A stretch of DNA of 62,930 nt, counting the filler. It is 6 parts of 6 records of this genome, joined end to end, with 100 filler letters (N's around TTAATTAATTAA, not from the genome) between each part and the next. Parts side by side here need not be neighbours in the genome. Positions count along the whole stretch, not along the records: positions 1 to 8,575 come from SRR2962707_5110; positions 8,676 to 15,603 come from SRR2962707_5111; 4 more parts are not named here. One strand, written 5' to 3'. Every line of letters begins with the position of its first letter. Position 1 is the stretch's first letter. A program made the translations under genes and the position numbers. The notes below the pieces were generated by a model. The model had not been told where the DNA came from and searched no databases. It saw only the letters and a list, made by a program, of their open reading frames with translations. Of this stretch, positions 1-9,898 are shown in pieces.

Positions 1-67
1 TAGCGGTGCGATGCTTCGTTTGCCATTTTTCTTTAAACTTCCGCTAATCTAAACCGTACTATTCCAG

Positions 68-724
68 ATGAAATTCTTCATTGACACAGCAAACCTTAAT
101 GAAATCCACGAGGCTCAGGATTTGGGCGTACTCGATGGTGTAACTACCAACCCTTCTTTGATGGCTAAGGAGGGAATTACCGGTGAAGCCAATATTTTGA
201 AGCATTACAAAAATATCTGCAACATCGTGGATGACAATGTGAGTGCAGAGGTGATTGCCACGGAATACGAAAAGATGGTCGCAGAAGGAAAGGAATTGGC
301 CAAGATCGATGATAAGATTGTTGTGAAAATACCAATGATCAGGGATGGGGTGAAAGCGATTGCTGCTTTGACAGCTGAAGGAATACGAACGAATTGTACT
401 CTTATCTTCAATGCAGGACAGGCCTTACTTGCTGCAAAGGCTGGAGCAAGTTACGTTTCTCCATTTATTGGTCGATTGGACGACATTTCTATGGATGGCC
501 TGGCACTAATTGAGCAAATTGTTGGTATATATGATAACTACGGTTTTGAAACAGAAGTATTAGCTGCCTCAATTCGTCATAATATGCATTTAATTCAGTG
601 TGCGGAGATAGGTGCAGATGTGGCAACTTGTCCACTAAGTGTAATCACAGGATTACTAAAACACCCGTTAACCGACAGTGGATTGGAGAAATTTTTAGCC
701 GATTATAAAAAAGGGAATAAATAA
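68..724 (+). CDS. tal: Transaldolase (small TalC/FSA-type fold)
   Basis: [14 protein letters not shown] and VKIPM (Schiff-base Lys) motifs. SAEV (Glu) and SPFIGR (Phe) are the transaldolase-type residues; F6P aldolase has Gln/Tyr there. Confidence 0.9.
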   Translation: MKFFIDTANLNEIHEAQDLGVLDGVTTNPSLMAKEGITGEANILKHYKNICNIVDDNVSAEVIATEYEKMVAEGKELAKIDDKIVVKIPMIRDGVKAIAALTAEGIRTNCTLIFNAGQALLAAKAGASYVSPFIGRLDDISMDGLALIEQIVGIYDNYGFETEVLAASIRHNMHLIQCAEIGADVATCPLSVITGLLKHPLTDSGLEKFLADYKKGNK

Positions 725-775
725 GTATAAGATAAGTTGGTGATGGAAGTAGAAGAAGTATTAGATTTAGAGGAA

Positions 776-979
776 ATGTACATCATCAAGGTAAAGGGAA
801 AGGCGAAGATTCCGGACTATATACAGATTCGTGATCAGAATTTCGTGCTTGTCGCGTATTTCCGAACAGACCGTCCATTGAAAAGAATGGACAAATTTGG
901 GTTGGAAGGCAAGGATGAAGAGCTGAAGACTTTGATTGCCTCATTGCCTTATGGCAAGCTTCAAAAATTGGAAATTTAA
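776..979 (+). CDS. Small conserved hypothetical protein (Bacteroidota, follows tal)
   Basis: ORF packed between tal and the ATPase gene. MYIIKVKGKAKIPDYIQIRD N-terminus; start could alternatively be 743. Confidence 0.7.
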   Translation: MYIIKVKGKAKIPDYIQIRDQNFVLVAYFRTDRPLKRMDKFGLEGKDEELKTLIASLPYGKLQKLEI

Positions 980-982
980 ACC

Positions 983-1693
983 ATGTCCTTCTCACAGGAA
1001 CCGGTCGTCCGAGTAGCTAACGCTTCTATTTTTCAGGAAGATCATACAGTCCTGAGTGAAATTGATTTTTCCATCGATAAAGGTGAATTTGTCTACCTCA
1101 TCGGCAGGACCGGGAGTGGGAAGTCTTCACTACTAAAGACACTTTATGCCGATCTACCCTTCAGGCTTGGACAAGCAGAGGTGGTCGGTTACCAAATCAA
1201 TAAAATAAAATCCAAAGACATTCCTTACCTGCGTAGAAAAGTAGGGATCATTTTTCAGGACTTTGAATTATTCTATGACCGATCTGTAGCGGAGAACCTG
1301 ACCTTCGTGATGAAGGCTACAGGTTGGAGAGAGCCTGCCAAAATGAAAAACAGGATCGCAGAGGTTCTGATGCGTGTTGGATTGGGCGCTATCTCCGCGA
1401 AGATGCCTCATCAATTGTCAGGAGGGGAGCAGCAACGGGTTGTGATAGCGAGAGCTATGATCAATGAGCCTCAGATTTTAATCGCGGATGAGCCCACAGG
1501 AAACCTTGATCCCGATGTGAGCGAGGGTATTTTGAAATTGTTTGAAGAGATCAACAATAGTGGTACAGCCGTGCTTATGGCTACTCACAACCACCGATTC
1601 ATTGAAAGATTCCCTCACCGAGTCCTCAAATGTGAGAAGGGCAGGATACTTGATTCCTCTAAAGAAAAATTTGAACTAAGCGGCTGGTACTAG
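983..1693 (+). CDS. ftsE: FtsE-like ABC ATP-binding protein
   Basis: Walker A GRTGSGKS, signature LSGGEQQR, Walker B ILIADEPTGNLD, H-loop ATH, and FtsE-like IPYLRRKVGIIFQDF. Confidence 0.75.
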   Translation: MSFSQEPVVRVANASIFQEDHTVLSEIDFSIDKGEFVYLIGRTGSGKSSLLKTLYADLPFRLGQAEVVGYQINKIKSKDIPYLRRKVGIIFQDFELFYDRSVAENLTFVMKATGWREPAKMKNRIAEVLMRVGLGAISAKMPHQLSGGEQQRVVIARAMINEPQILIADEPTGNLDPDVSEGILKLFEEINNSGTAVLMATHNHRFIERFPHRVLKCEKGRILDSSKEKFELSGWY

Positions 1694-1722
1694 CCGTCAC
1701 TGACTTTTCTTATCTTCACCAA

Positions 1723-2766
1723 ATGAGCAAGCTTTTAATTTACGGTGCGTATGGTTATACCGGCCGTTTGATCGTTGACGAATGTTTATCTATAGGTATT
1801 AAACCGGCAATCGCTGGAAGAAATCCAGAAAAAACCAAGCAATATGCTGAAAGCAAGGGGCTTGATTATGCTGTTTTTTCGGTTGATGAAAAAGACAAGC
1901 TGGAAAAATGGTTGAGCCAGGGAGAAGTGGTCATCCATTGTGGTGGGCCGTTTGTGCACACAGCACGACAGGTGATTGAAGCTTGTGTGGCAACCCAGAC
2001 ACACTACCTCGACATTACCGGTGAATATCAGGTTTTTGATCTGGCCCAGGAATACAGTGAGGAGGCCAAAAAGAAGGGATTGATGTTGATGCCCGGAGCT
2101 GGGTTTGATGTAGTACCATCTGATTGTCTTGCTGCTCATTTACATCAGAAACTACCAGATGCCACGAATTTGGAGCTGGCCTTTATTAGCAAAGGAGGGA
2201 GATTGTCTCGCGGAACAACCAAAACCATGATTGAAAACCTTGGAGATCCTCAAGTCATGAGAAGAGATGGAAAATATGCCTATCAAATTATGGGATCATC
2301 CAGTAAGATGATCGATTTCGGTGGCTTTGAGAACCTTGCGATTGGTATCTCATGGGGAGATATTTCCACAGCTTTTTTTAGCACAGGTATTCCCACAATT
2401 GAAGTTTTTTCAGGTACAACCAAAGAGCAATTGGCCAAAGTGAAAAAGATGGCCAAAATCAGTTTCCTATTGAAATCACGGATAGTTAAGAATTTTCTAA
2501 AGGGGAAATTGGATAAGAAACCTGATGGTCCTACGGATGATAAACGAGAAGCAGCAGCCATGTTCCTTTGGGGTCAAGCCAGCAATGGGGCCAAAAAAGC
2601 TGTTGCTCATTTGACCACTCCGAATGGATACACTTTAACAGCAAAGACATCTGTCTTAATTGCTAATAAGATTCTCAATGGAGATTTTAAACCGGGCTAT
2701 CAGACACCATCGACGGGTTATGGTCAAAATCTGATTTTAGAGGTAGAAGGCTGTAAGCTTAGCTAA
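1723..2766 (+). CDS. Saccharopine dehydrogenase-like / trans-acting enoyl reductase family oxidoreductase
   Basis: YGAYGYTG Rossmann motif, AGRN, CGGPF, HYLDITGE, GFDVVPSD. Confidence 0.85.
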   Translation: MSKLLIYGAYGYTGRLIVDECLSIGIKPAIAGRNPEKTKQYAESKGLDYAVFSVDEKDKLEKWLSQGEVVIHCGGPFVHTARQVIEACVATQTHYLDITGEYQVFDLAQEYSEEAKKKGLMLMPGAGFDVVPSDCLAAHLHQKLPDATNLELAFISKGGRLSRGTTKTMIENLGDPQVMRRDGKYAYQIMGSSSKMIDFGGFENLAIGISWGDISTAFFSTGIPTIEVFSGTTKEQLAKVKKMAKISFLLKSRIVKNFLKGKLDKKPDGPTDDKREAAAMFLWGQASNGAKKAVAHLTTPNGYTLTAKTSVLIANKILNGDFKPGYQTPSTGYGQNLILEVEGCKLS

Positions 2767-3680
2767 ATATGCTTAACACTTTCTATTGCTTGCTTTAGGA
2801 TGTTGGCTGAATGAAGAAACCTGGATTTTTCATCATCACTCATACTGATTTCCAATACTTTCTCAACCCCCTTTTCACTTACGATGGAAGGTAGTGAAAT
2901 GGCTATATCCTGCAATCCATACAGGTCTTTTACTACTGTAGAAACCGTGATAATCCTGCGTTCTCCTCTGAGAATCCACTTCAATAACGTAGCAGTTACC
3001 AATCCGATTGCATGATTCGTTGCTCCCTTTCTTTTGATGATCTCGAGTGCTGCAATTCGTACTTTTTCAGCAATTTCGTTTTCCAGCGAAGTATTCCAAT
3101 CAGCCCAATTCTTGATTGATTCCCCCGCAATGGAGGCTTTCGACCAAAGGACCACTTCTGAATCTCCATGCTCGCCGATCACTTGGGCATGCACACTTCT
3201 TGGATCAAGATTTACCTGGCGTCCAATCATTTCTTTGAGCCTTGCGGAATCCAGCATAGTGCCAGTTCCAATGACCCTTCCAGGTGGAATTTGAGTAAAT
3301 TTTTGATAGAAATAAGTAAGCACATCGACAGGGTTAGACACAATGATTAGAATCCCATTATATCCTTCAAGTTCAGCTGAAATACCTTTGGCAATCTTGA
3401 CATTGTCAGCTAATAGATCCAAGCGTGATTCTGTGGAGGTGCCACCTCTTCCTGCTGTTATTACGATGGCATCACAATGCAACATTTCTCGGATGGTGGT
3501 GGCACGAACCTCTGCCCCGGGAAAGAAGGAGGATCCATGATTAAAATCCATGGCTTCACCTTCGGCCAGGCCTTCTCTGGCGTCATTCAATAGGAGTTCT
3601 TTTGTTACACCTTTCTGTAAAAGTGAAATGGCCACACTGGAGCCAACCCAGCCCATGCCGATTATTCCGATACTATTCAT
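2763..3680 (-). CDS. L-lactate/malate dehydrogenase family 2-hydroxyacid dehydrogenase
   Basis: GMGWVG, ITAG..SRLDL, VSNPVD, GTMLDSAR, IGEHGDS (catalytic His), KRKGAT. Confidence 0.88.
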   Translation of the reverse strand: MNSIGIIGMGWVGSSVAISLLQKGVTKELLLNDAREGLAEGEAMDFNHGSSFFPGAEVRATTIREMLHCDAIVITAGRGGTSTESRLDLLADNVKIAKGISAELEGYNGILIIVSNPVDVLTYFYQKFTQIPPGRVIGTGTMLDSARLKEMIGRQVNLDPRSVHAQVIGEHGDSEVVLWSKASIAGESIKNWADWNTSLENEIAEKVRIAALEIIKRKGATNHAIGLVTATLLKWILRGERRIITVSTVVKDLYGLQDIAISLPSIVSEKGVEKVLEISMSDDEKSRFLHSANILKQAIESVKHI

Positions 3681-3688
3681 ACTTAAAG

Positions 3689-4846
3689 TTATTCAGTCAG
3701 AATCTTATTGAAAGGGGTAAGGCTTCCATTTGAGTTAAGAAAGAAGGTATAATCAAACTCTTTCTTGTTTTTCAAAATGGGATCCGTGGGGTCATGTCTA
3801 ATCATTGTTGCCTCGTTCGCCTTGAGCTGTTTTGGATAGTTGAAGTTGATCTTGCGCAAATCCGGCGCGTTGATCATTTTGTTGTAAAGAGCGGAGATCC
3901 GTATGATGCTGACCTGACCTTGAAGTGGTGAGTTAGCATCATGTTTGAGCCGATGGATTGAAGAGCCACGAAAGGTATGACGCATGCCAATGGGACACAG
4001 GATTCCGACCTCAGGATTTTCTTCAACTAACTCTATGAAATTTTGCTGGATAATACGATCCCGGAACTTATAGTTGTTGTTGGGATTGGTATAGTCGAAT
4101 GTAAGCCCATCATCCATCTCAAGTACCATGGTGGCAAAATCTGTGAATTGATCCTCGAAAAAATTGATATAGGTATCGCTGTTTGCCTCAAGGTGATTGA
4201 TTGTGCTAACAACCAATTGCTTCACAAATTCCTGATCGTAGTAATACATGACAGCCAATCCATCATACTGCTCCCGATCAGATTTGGTCTCTTCATAGAT
4301 ACGCTTGAATTCACCAACGGTATTTTTTAATTCGTCGGGAATTTCTTTTGATCCAATGAACTCATTGATCATGAAAATGGCTGATTCCATTTTATACTCA
4401 ATATCAATGCTCTGAACTTGAATGCGATTTTCTTCTTCAATGCCTTGATTGTAGGCACGAAGATCTTCGAAGAAGGCACGGTTTTCACGACCCCAAAACA
4501 TGGTATTTCGAGTAATGTGAGAAAGCAGGGTCGAATCCCCTGTTTCCAGGTATCGATTGATCATCATAGCGGCACTTTTACCTTGTTCGATGGCCAGAAT
4601 TTTGACACTGGCTTCTCTATTTAGATATTCCAAAAGCTTCATGGTAGCACGTGGTACCATTCGGATATTGTGCCAATGCTCTGCCAAAACGAATAGCTGA
4701 GTATTTTGTAGATCAAGCATCTCATACCCTGAGAAATCATTGTCTTTTTTGATGCTTACGGACCGTATATTCTCATTAACCTCCTGCCCTTGAATGGTAA
4801 AGCATAGGGATATTCCCAAAAGCATGGTGAAAAACTTGATCGTCAT
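3689..4846 (-). CDS. Secreted EreA/ChaN-like (erythromycin esterase superfamily) protein
   Basis: Start moved to ATG 4846 (signal peptide MTIKFFTMLLGISLCF). LAEHWH, LAIE and GMRH resemble the GExH / E / GxxH pattern of the superfamily. Confidence 0.55.
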   Translation of the reverse strand: MTIKFFTMLLGISLCFTIQGQEVNENIRSVSIKKDNDFSGYEMLDLQNTQLFVLAEHWHNIRMVPRATMKLLEYLNREASVKILAIEQGKSAAMMINRYLETGDSTLLSHITRNTMFWGRENRAFFEDLRAYNQGIEEENRIQVQSIDIEYKMESAIFMINEFIGSKEIPDELKNTVGEFKRIYEETKSDREQYDGLAVMYYYDQEFVKQLVVSTINHLEANSDTYINFFEDQFTDFATMVLEMDDGLTFDYTNPNNNYKFRDRIIQQNFIELVEENPEVGILCPIGMRHTFRGSSIHRLKHDANSPLQGQVSIIRISALYNKMINAPDLRKINFNYPKQLKANEATMIRHDPTDPILKNKKEFDYTFFLNSNGSLTPFNKILTE

Positions 4847-4886
4847 GGTCGGTTGTTCAATCAATGTATACGAACAAAATAGCTTT

Positions 4887-6389
4887 CTAGTATTTGGCTG
4901 GCTGATTTGGTGCCGGTAATGTCTTCTTAATGAATTTCCTGATATGATCATTGCTGGAAATCAGGTCTTCATTTCTTAAATACATCATATGACCGGAACG
5001 GTAACCTTTGAACGAAAACCGCTCTTTCATTTTACCGCTTGGATCAATTTGCCACATGGTGTATTTCGCATCGAAGTACTTGGTAGCACCATCGTAATAG
5101 CCACTTTGTATCATAACGTGCAAGAAAGGATTTTGTGCCATAGCCTGACGAAGATTTTCTCCGGTGTTATTGCCGTCCCGATTCCATGGGTGCACTGGGC
5201 CAAACATATTGTATTTAATATCTGTCTGATAGTTAAGCACGTTGCGATAGTAGTAGTTTACTGCCGGAGCGAAAGCATGCAGCCAGGAGGTTATCTCAGA
5301 GTTGAAATCCGGGCTGTCACCACCGTCAGTTCGGTCAATTCCTTTATACCTGGAGTCAAGCCTACCTATGGTGTACCCCTCATCTCGAAGTAATTCTTTC
5401 CAGAAGAAGCCTGTAGGAACATCCAGGTTGTATTGAAGGATGGCTCTTTCAGAGATACCCGAATACCTGGCGATTTTACTCGCTGCATTTTTTCTTACAG
5501 TTTCATCTACAAAACCACCCTTGGCCAGAACCGGCATAAGTTCATTGACGGAGTATTTCTCTACTTCATCCAACACCTCCATCAAATCCTTGGATTGTAA
5601 ATCTTGTGGGAGTTTATGGTGATACCAGGCTGCTGCGGCAAAATAGGGCACTCTTAAGGCCGCACCTAGAGGGCCATCCCTGCGTCCTTGACCACTGTGG
5701 ACACCCAACTCAGTGGGGGAGACCAGGATTACTCCATTGAGATACATCCACTGTCTGTTTTGAAGAGCCAATGCAAGACCGGAGACACGTGTTGTTCCAT
5801 AGCTCTCACCAATCAGATATTTAGGTGATTCCCACCGATTATACCTGGTCACAAAGGTGTTGATCCATTCTGACAGGTACGCGATATCTTCATTCACACC
5901 GAAAAAGAAGGATCTGTCGGTCTCGGCATCCAGAATCCTTGAATAGCCCGTGTTTACAGGATTTACAAATACAATATCTGCAACATCTAGTATGGAGTTG
6001 GGGTTGTCTTTTATGCCATATGGCTGGATGGGAAATCCTTCATCGTCTACATTCAGAATTTTAGGACCTGTATAGGCGAGGTGCATCCATACTGAACCTG
6101 ATCCAGGCCCTCCATTGAAAGAAATGATCAATGGACGGGTGGTCTCGGTATCGTCTGCCTTGCCCGTTTCACGTCCCTTTCTGTAATAGGTATAATGCAC
6201 TGCAGCGACTGCCTTACCCTCTTCATTCCAAACGGGCTGGGTACCGGTAGTGGCCACATAGGGAATGGTTTTTCCTTTGAATGTACCTTGATGTTTGGTT
6301 ACGACTACTTCGTCGGCCACTTGCATTCGATCCTGAGAAAGCGAAGCAAGGGAAGTGCAAAGGAAGATGGTAAGTAATACGTTTCGCAT
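4887..6389 (-). CDS. Serine carboxypeptidase, peptidase S10 family, secreted
   Basis: Signal peptide, FNGGPGSGS, GESYG nucleophile motif, SGHMMY catalytic His. Confidence 0.9.
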   Translation of the reverse strand: MRNVLLTIFLCTSLASLSQDRMQVADEVVVTKHQGTFKGKTIPYVATTGTQPVWNEEGKAVAAVHYTYYRKGRETGKADDTETTRPLIISFNGGPGSGSVWMHLAYTGPKILNVDDEGFPIQPYGIKDNPNSILDVADIVFVNPVNTGYSRILDAETDRSFFFGVNEDIAYLSEWINTFVTRYNRWESPKYLIGESYGTTRVSGLALALQNRQWMYLNGVILVSPTELGVHSGQGRRDGPLGAALRVPYFAAAAWYHHKLPQDLQSKDLMEVLDEVEKYSVNELMPVLAKGGFVDETVRKNAASKIARYSGISERAILQYNLDVPTGFFWKELLRDEGYTIGRLDSRYKGIDRTDGGDSPDFNSEITSWLHAFAPAVNYYYRNVLNYQTDIKYNMFGPVHPWNRDGNNTGENLRQAMAQNPFLHVMIQSGYYDGATKYFDAKYTMWQIDPSGKMKERFSFKGYRSGHMMYLRNEDLISSNDHIRKFIKKTLPAPNQPAKY

Positions 6390-6439
6390 GATATCTAAAA
6401 GTTTAGGTGAATCTAGAAAAATGCAATGAGGTTAGAAAC

Positions 6440-6473
6440 AAAAAAGACATGCTCGGTTGAAGAGCATGCCTTT
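6440..6473 (-). terminator. Rho-independent terminator of the DUF2268 gene
   Basis: On the minus strand AAAGGCATGCTC-loop-GAGCATGTC followed by a T-run. Confidence 0.7.
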
Positions 6474-6497
6474 CGGTATTATTTAATTGTCGAATAG

Positions 6498-7235
6498 CTA
6501 CATTATGAATGAACTGGCAGGTTCATCAACTAATTGAGAGGGGAGCGCTGCTGCGTGATTTTCAAGGTATCTTCTTATTAATTCAAAGCCCAAAGAATAG
6601 CCGGTCCATCGTGGGATTTCCGCTGATGTACCAAGGAACCAGCTAGCGTGATTGTAGCCTTCCGTATTCCATGTTTTTTCTGCCTCTGAAAGCCAGAGAT
6701 TTAATTGATCTTCATCTAAAGCCATCGACCAGATTGGTGAATTTTGTCCAGTTATTTCCATTGCGAAATGATCTGCCATACCCTCAGAAATCATAGCCTT
6801 CAACAATGTGTTTCCATAGCCAACTGACCTTCTTCGCTTTGCATGATGTGCTTCATGAGCAACAATAAAAGGCAGATTCACCTCTATCACCTCAGTCAGA
6901 TTGGAACTCTGAGCATTAATAGCAATAAGCATCTCATTGCCATTGGGATTGAAGCCGCCTACGCCAATTTCAGGAATAATGTATCTGGAATCATTTACAA
7001 TCCGAACGCTCAATTGATCCACATTCATTGTTTCATGGATCATCTTCATTGATTCGCTTACGACTTGTTGAATCAACGGGCTTACGCTAATCAAACGCTC
7101 ATCTTCAATGAGAAGGCATCCTCCATTTTCAAGCAACACGGCCGATTCTGAGTCACACAAGCTGATGTTTTTAGAACATCCAAGACAAAGTGAAATCAGG
7201 AATGCGACCGTTGCTGAGAATTTGACAAACCTCAT
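6498..7235 (-). CDS. DUF2268 putative Zn-dependent protease, probable lipoprotein
   Basis: HEAHH (HExxH), downstream SEGMAD, PRWTGYSLG; lipobox-like LCLGC. Confidence 0.8.
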   Translation of the reverse strand: MRFVKFSATVAFLISLCLGCSKNISLCDSESAVLLENGGCLLIEDERLISVSPLIQQVVSESMKMIHETMNVDQLSVRIVNDSRYIIPEIGVGGFNPNGNEMLIAINAQSSNLTEVIEVNLPFIVAHEAHHAKRRRSVGYGNTLLKAMISEGMADHFAMEITGQNSPIWSMALDEDQLNLWLSEAEKTWNTEGYNHASWFLGTSAEIPRWTGYSLGFELIRRYLENHAAALPSQLVDEPASSFIM

Positions 7236-7246
7236 TTCAGGTGTGA

Positions 7247-8305
7247 TCAGTCCATTTTCAGACGAAGATTGCCATAGCCTGAATCGATTCTAATCATTTT
7301 GTTTGGATCACCCTTGCCAATTTTTCCCTTATAGGTACTGCGATTGGATTCTCTGACACGGTAGTTGAAATCAACATCTACATCTGACGAAACTTTCAAA
7401 TCAGCGAAGCTGAATTCAGCATTGATGTCGGCATTAACACCAGGTTCCAGTCCTATTTCATAAGAACCAAACTTTCCATCTATATCTACAAGAGTAAAGG
7501 TCTTTGCCAGCCGCTCAATTGTAAAGTCACCCAGGTAGCTACAGTCCAATTCAATGCTTCCAGTCAACTCCTCAATTTCAAACCCTGAAAAGTGCACGTC
7601 TGCATCGATTTTACCTGCTTTGTCAATTTCAACATTTCCGTACTTGCTTTCGATTTCAAGGTCATCCACATCACCCAACTCTACATCTGAGAATCCTTGT
7701 TCCATATCCATTTCAGTGGAAGATTCAATTTCAAGTTTGCTATACTTCACAGTAAAGTTTGTCTTTTGAAGATTGCCCAGACTACCACTACCAAAGGATA
7801 GCTTCAATTCAGAAGAACCGCTTACGTCTCCGGTTTTCATTGAACCATAGGATACATTCATTTTCAAATCCCCTGCGCGATCACCCATGGTTACATCGCC
7901 GAAGCTATTGCGGATATCCAATGGATTGGCATCTGGCATATAGACAGTGTAATTGATTTCAAACCCTTCTTCGTTCTTGTTTTTGCTATCAGCAATTTCT
8001 GTTTCGAATACGATCTCAGCGCTGCTTTCACTTATGTCTATATCAATAGCATCTAGAATCTTTTGTGCTCTCTCCTCAGATCGTCCTTTTCCAATGATCT
8101 CCACCTTAACGCTGAACTCGTTTTTCTCCCAAGAATTGATTTCTACGCGTCCAAACTTGTTCTCTATTCGAAGCTTGGTAGTTGCTGTCACCTTGAAGGA
8201 CTTCTCTACATACTTCTTCTTTTGATCCTGATCTTTCGCAAGTACTGCGACAGAAAGGAGGATCATGCATGCCAAAAGGCTATATCGTAATTTCATTAGT
8301 CTCAT
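7247..8305 (-). CDS. DUF4097-like beta-strand repeat (putative adhesin) protein
   Basis: Signal peptide, then repeated xNxFG / xSYG / SKYG beta-solenoid motifs. Typical Bacteroidota gene after an ECF sigma/anti-sigma pair. Confidence 0.7.
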   Translation of the reverse strand: MRLMKLRYSLLACMILLSVAVLAKDQDQKKKYVEKSFKVTATTKLRIENKFGRVEINSWEKNEFSVKVEIIGKGRSEERAQKILDAIDIDISESSAEIVFETEIADSKNKNEEGFEINYTVYMPDANPLDIRNSFGDVTMGDRAGDLKMNVSYGSMKTGDVSGSSELKLSFGSGSLGNLQKTNFTVKYSKLEIESSTEMDMEQGFSDVELGDVDDLEIESKYGNVEIDKAGKIDADVHFSGFEIEELTGSIELDCSYLGDFTIERLAKTFTLVDIDGKFGSYEIGLEPGVNADINAEFSFADLKVSSDVDVDFNYRVRESNRSTYKGKIGKGDPNKMIRIDSGYGNLRLKMD

Positions 8306-8575
8306 TGTTTTGGTCTTTAATATTTTCTAAAATTTCCAGTTGCTTATTCAGGATGTCTAATCGCAATTGCAGGTTGCTGATCATGGCATCCACCACCCGT
8401 TCACTGGAAGCATTGGTCTGGTAAGTCTTTTTGAGCTCGGTATACATCGAATCCAGTTGGTTGATGTCATACAAAAATTGCTCTTCCTGTTCGGGTGTCA
8501 GCTGTTGCTTGATTTGTTGCTTGCGCTGGCTGATCAGGGTAGTATAATAATCTTCTGCCTGGATAAATTCCTGAC
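8280..8575 (-). CDS. Putative anti-sigma-like helical protein, 5' truncated by contig edge
   Basis: Open frame to the contig edge: QEFIQAEDYYTTLISQRK...VVDAMISNLQLRLDILNKQLE. Confidence 0.55.
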
Positions 8576-8675
8576 NNNNNNNNNNNNNNNNNNNNNNNNN
8601 NNNNNNNNNNNNNNNNNNNTTAATTAATTAANNNNNNNNNNNNNNNNNNNNNNNNNNNNNNNNNNNNNNNNNNNN
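8576..8675. other. Artificial contig linker
   Basis: 100 nt: N-run, TTAATTAATTAA (stops in all six frames), N-run. Confidence 0.98.
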
Positions 8676-9014
8676 GACGCTTGACCAGTTATAGACCGTG
8701 ATAAATCCGATATAGCGTTCAGCCCTGCCCAGCATGGGCAGGATGTGGAACATCACAAGCGGAAAGGCGACCCATTTGATGACATATGCAATCACCTCGA
8801 CCGTCATATAGCGTCCGACCGGGAAGTCTTGTGGTGCCTCGCTCAGATCATGCCAGCGCAAGAAGGCAAAGGCCGGAAAAACGATCACGGCGGCAAAGAA
8901 GGATCGCCAGAATCCGTTGATTGAAAATTCAAAAAATCCCAGCCCGTTTGTATCACCACGGGCAATACGCCAGGTGCCGTAAAGGGCGCGCAGGGTTTCG
9001 GTTTGTATGCTCAT
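8676..9014 (-). CDS. Conserved membrane protein, 3' truncated
   Basis: Likely start ATG 9014 (MSIQTETL). Hydrophobic segments, GFWRSFFAA and YNWSS motifs. Confidence 0.7.
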
Positions 9015-9228
9015 GCGGGGCTGATGTCCGGACTGTGGGGCAAATGCGATAGGGGTTTGACCCAAATTAAACATTCTATTGGGTCCCGAACCTAGCAGGC
9101 TGATCGGTGCCGGGAAACAGCTTATCCTTGATTGCCTATCCTTCACAAGACACCCGCAAGGAACGTCTTTCTGTGCATGGCCCAATCAGCCATGTGCGGT
9201 CATGATGTAAAAGAGGTGCGGGATCAGG

Positions 9229-9846
9229 ATGGGTGACAAATCGGACGAATATGCGTTGCGTTTGTCCTATCTTGAACAGACAGATGCCGATTCTTTGGCG
9301 GTGGCGCGGCTCTATCTGGAAATGGCCAGCAATCAGCATTACAGCGAACGAGACTATGCGCTCAGCCTGTTTGACAAGGCCGATGCGCTGTTTGCTCTTC
9401 ATCTGCCAACCGCGCGCGATGCGGCGGTGGCGGGATTAGCGCTTAGCCTGAACAATCGGGCAGCCCTTGAAATTGAAGCACAAGAATGGGATTGGGCGGT
9501 TGATGCCGCCAGTCAGGCGGTGTCATTGCGCCAGGACAGGTTGCGTAACTGTGTCGGGCGCAAGAATGATACCGAACGGCTTGATCTTGGATATTCTCTT
9601 GCGGCCTTGGTCCTGGCCACCCGCGGTGCCGGGAAATATGACCTTGCCTGTGCGGCGGCAAGTGATGGGATCAAGGTGTTGGGCAAGTTTGCCGGGATGG
9701 GCAATCAGGAAGCATTTGTTTTGCTGACCAAGCTGATTTGCATTTACGCCGATCTTTGTGCCGAAACCGATCAATTGCCAGATGCAAGTTTGCTACTGCC
9801 TTTGGCCAAGGCGTTCTATAGCACGCGATCAAACGGCAAACCATAA
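9229..9846 (+). CDS. TPR-like helical hypothetical protein
   Basis: Ala/Leu-rich helical pairs (LALSLNNRAALE...AVDAASQAVSL; LGYSLAAL...ACAAASDGIKV). Confidence 0.65.
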   Translation: MGDKSDEYALRLSYLEQTDADSLAVARLYLEMASNQHYSERDYALSLFDKADALFALHLPTARDAAVAGLALSLNNRAALEIEAQEWDWAVDAASQAVSLRQDRLRNCVGRKNDTERLDLGYSLAALVLATRGAGKYDLACAAASDGIKVLGKFAGMGNQEAFVLLTKLICIYADLCAETDQLPDASLLLPLAKAFYSTRSNGKP

Positions 9847-9880
9847 AACGGCTATAAAGCGGGGTGCTCTATAGCCGTTT
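9846..9880. terminator. Hairpin between convergent genes, probable bidirectional terminator
   Basis: Perfect 11-bp inverted repeat AAACGGCTATA...TATAGCCGTTT. Confidence 0.7.
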
Positions 9881-9898
9881 GAAATGTGGGTATGCGGT

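Noticed and set aside
8576-8675. Recurrent TTAATTAATTAA motif in N-runs (five copies in the window)
   Set aside because: Synthetic six-frame-stop linker. Adjacency across linkers has no biological meaning, so no cross-contig system or HGT is claimed.
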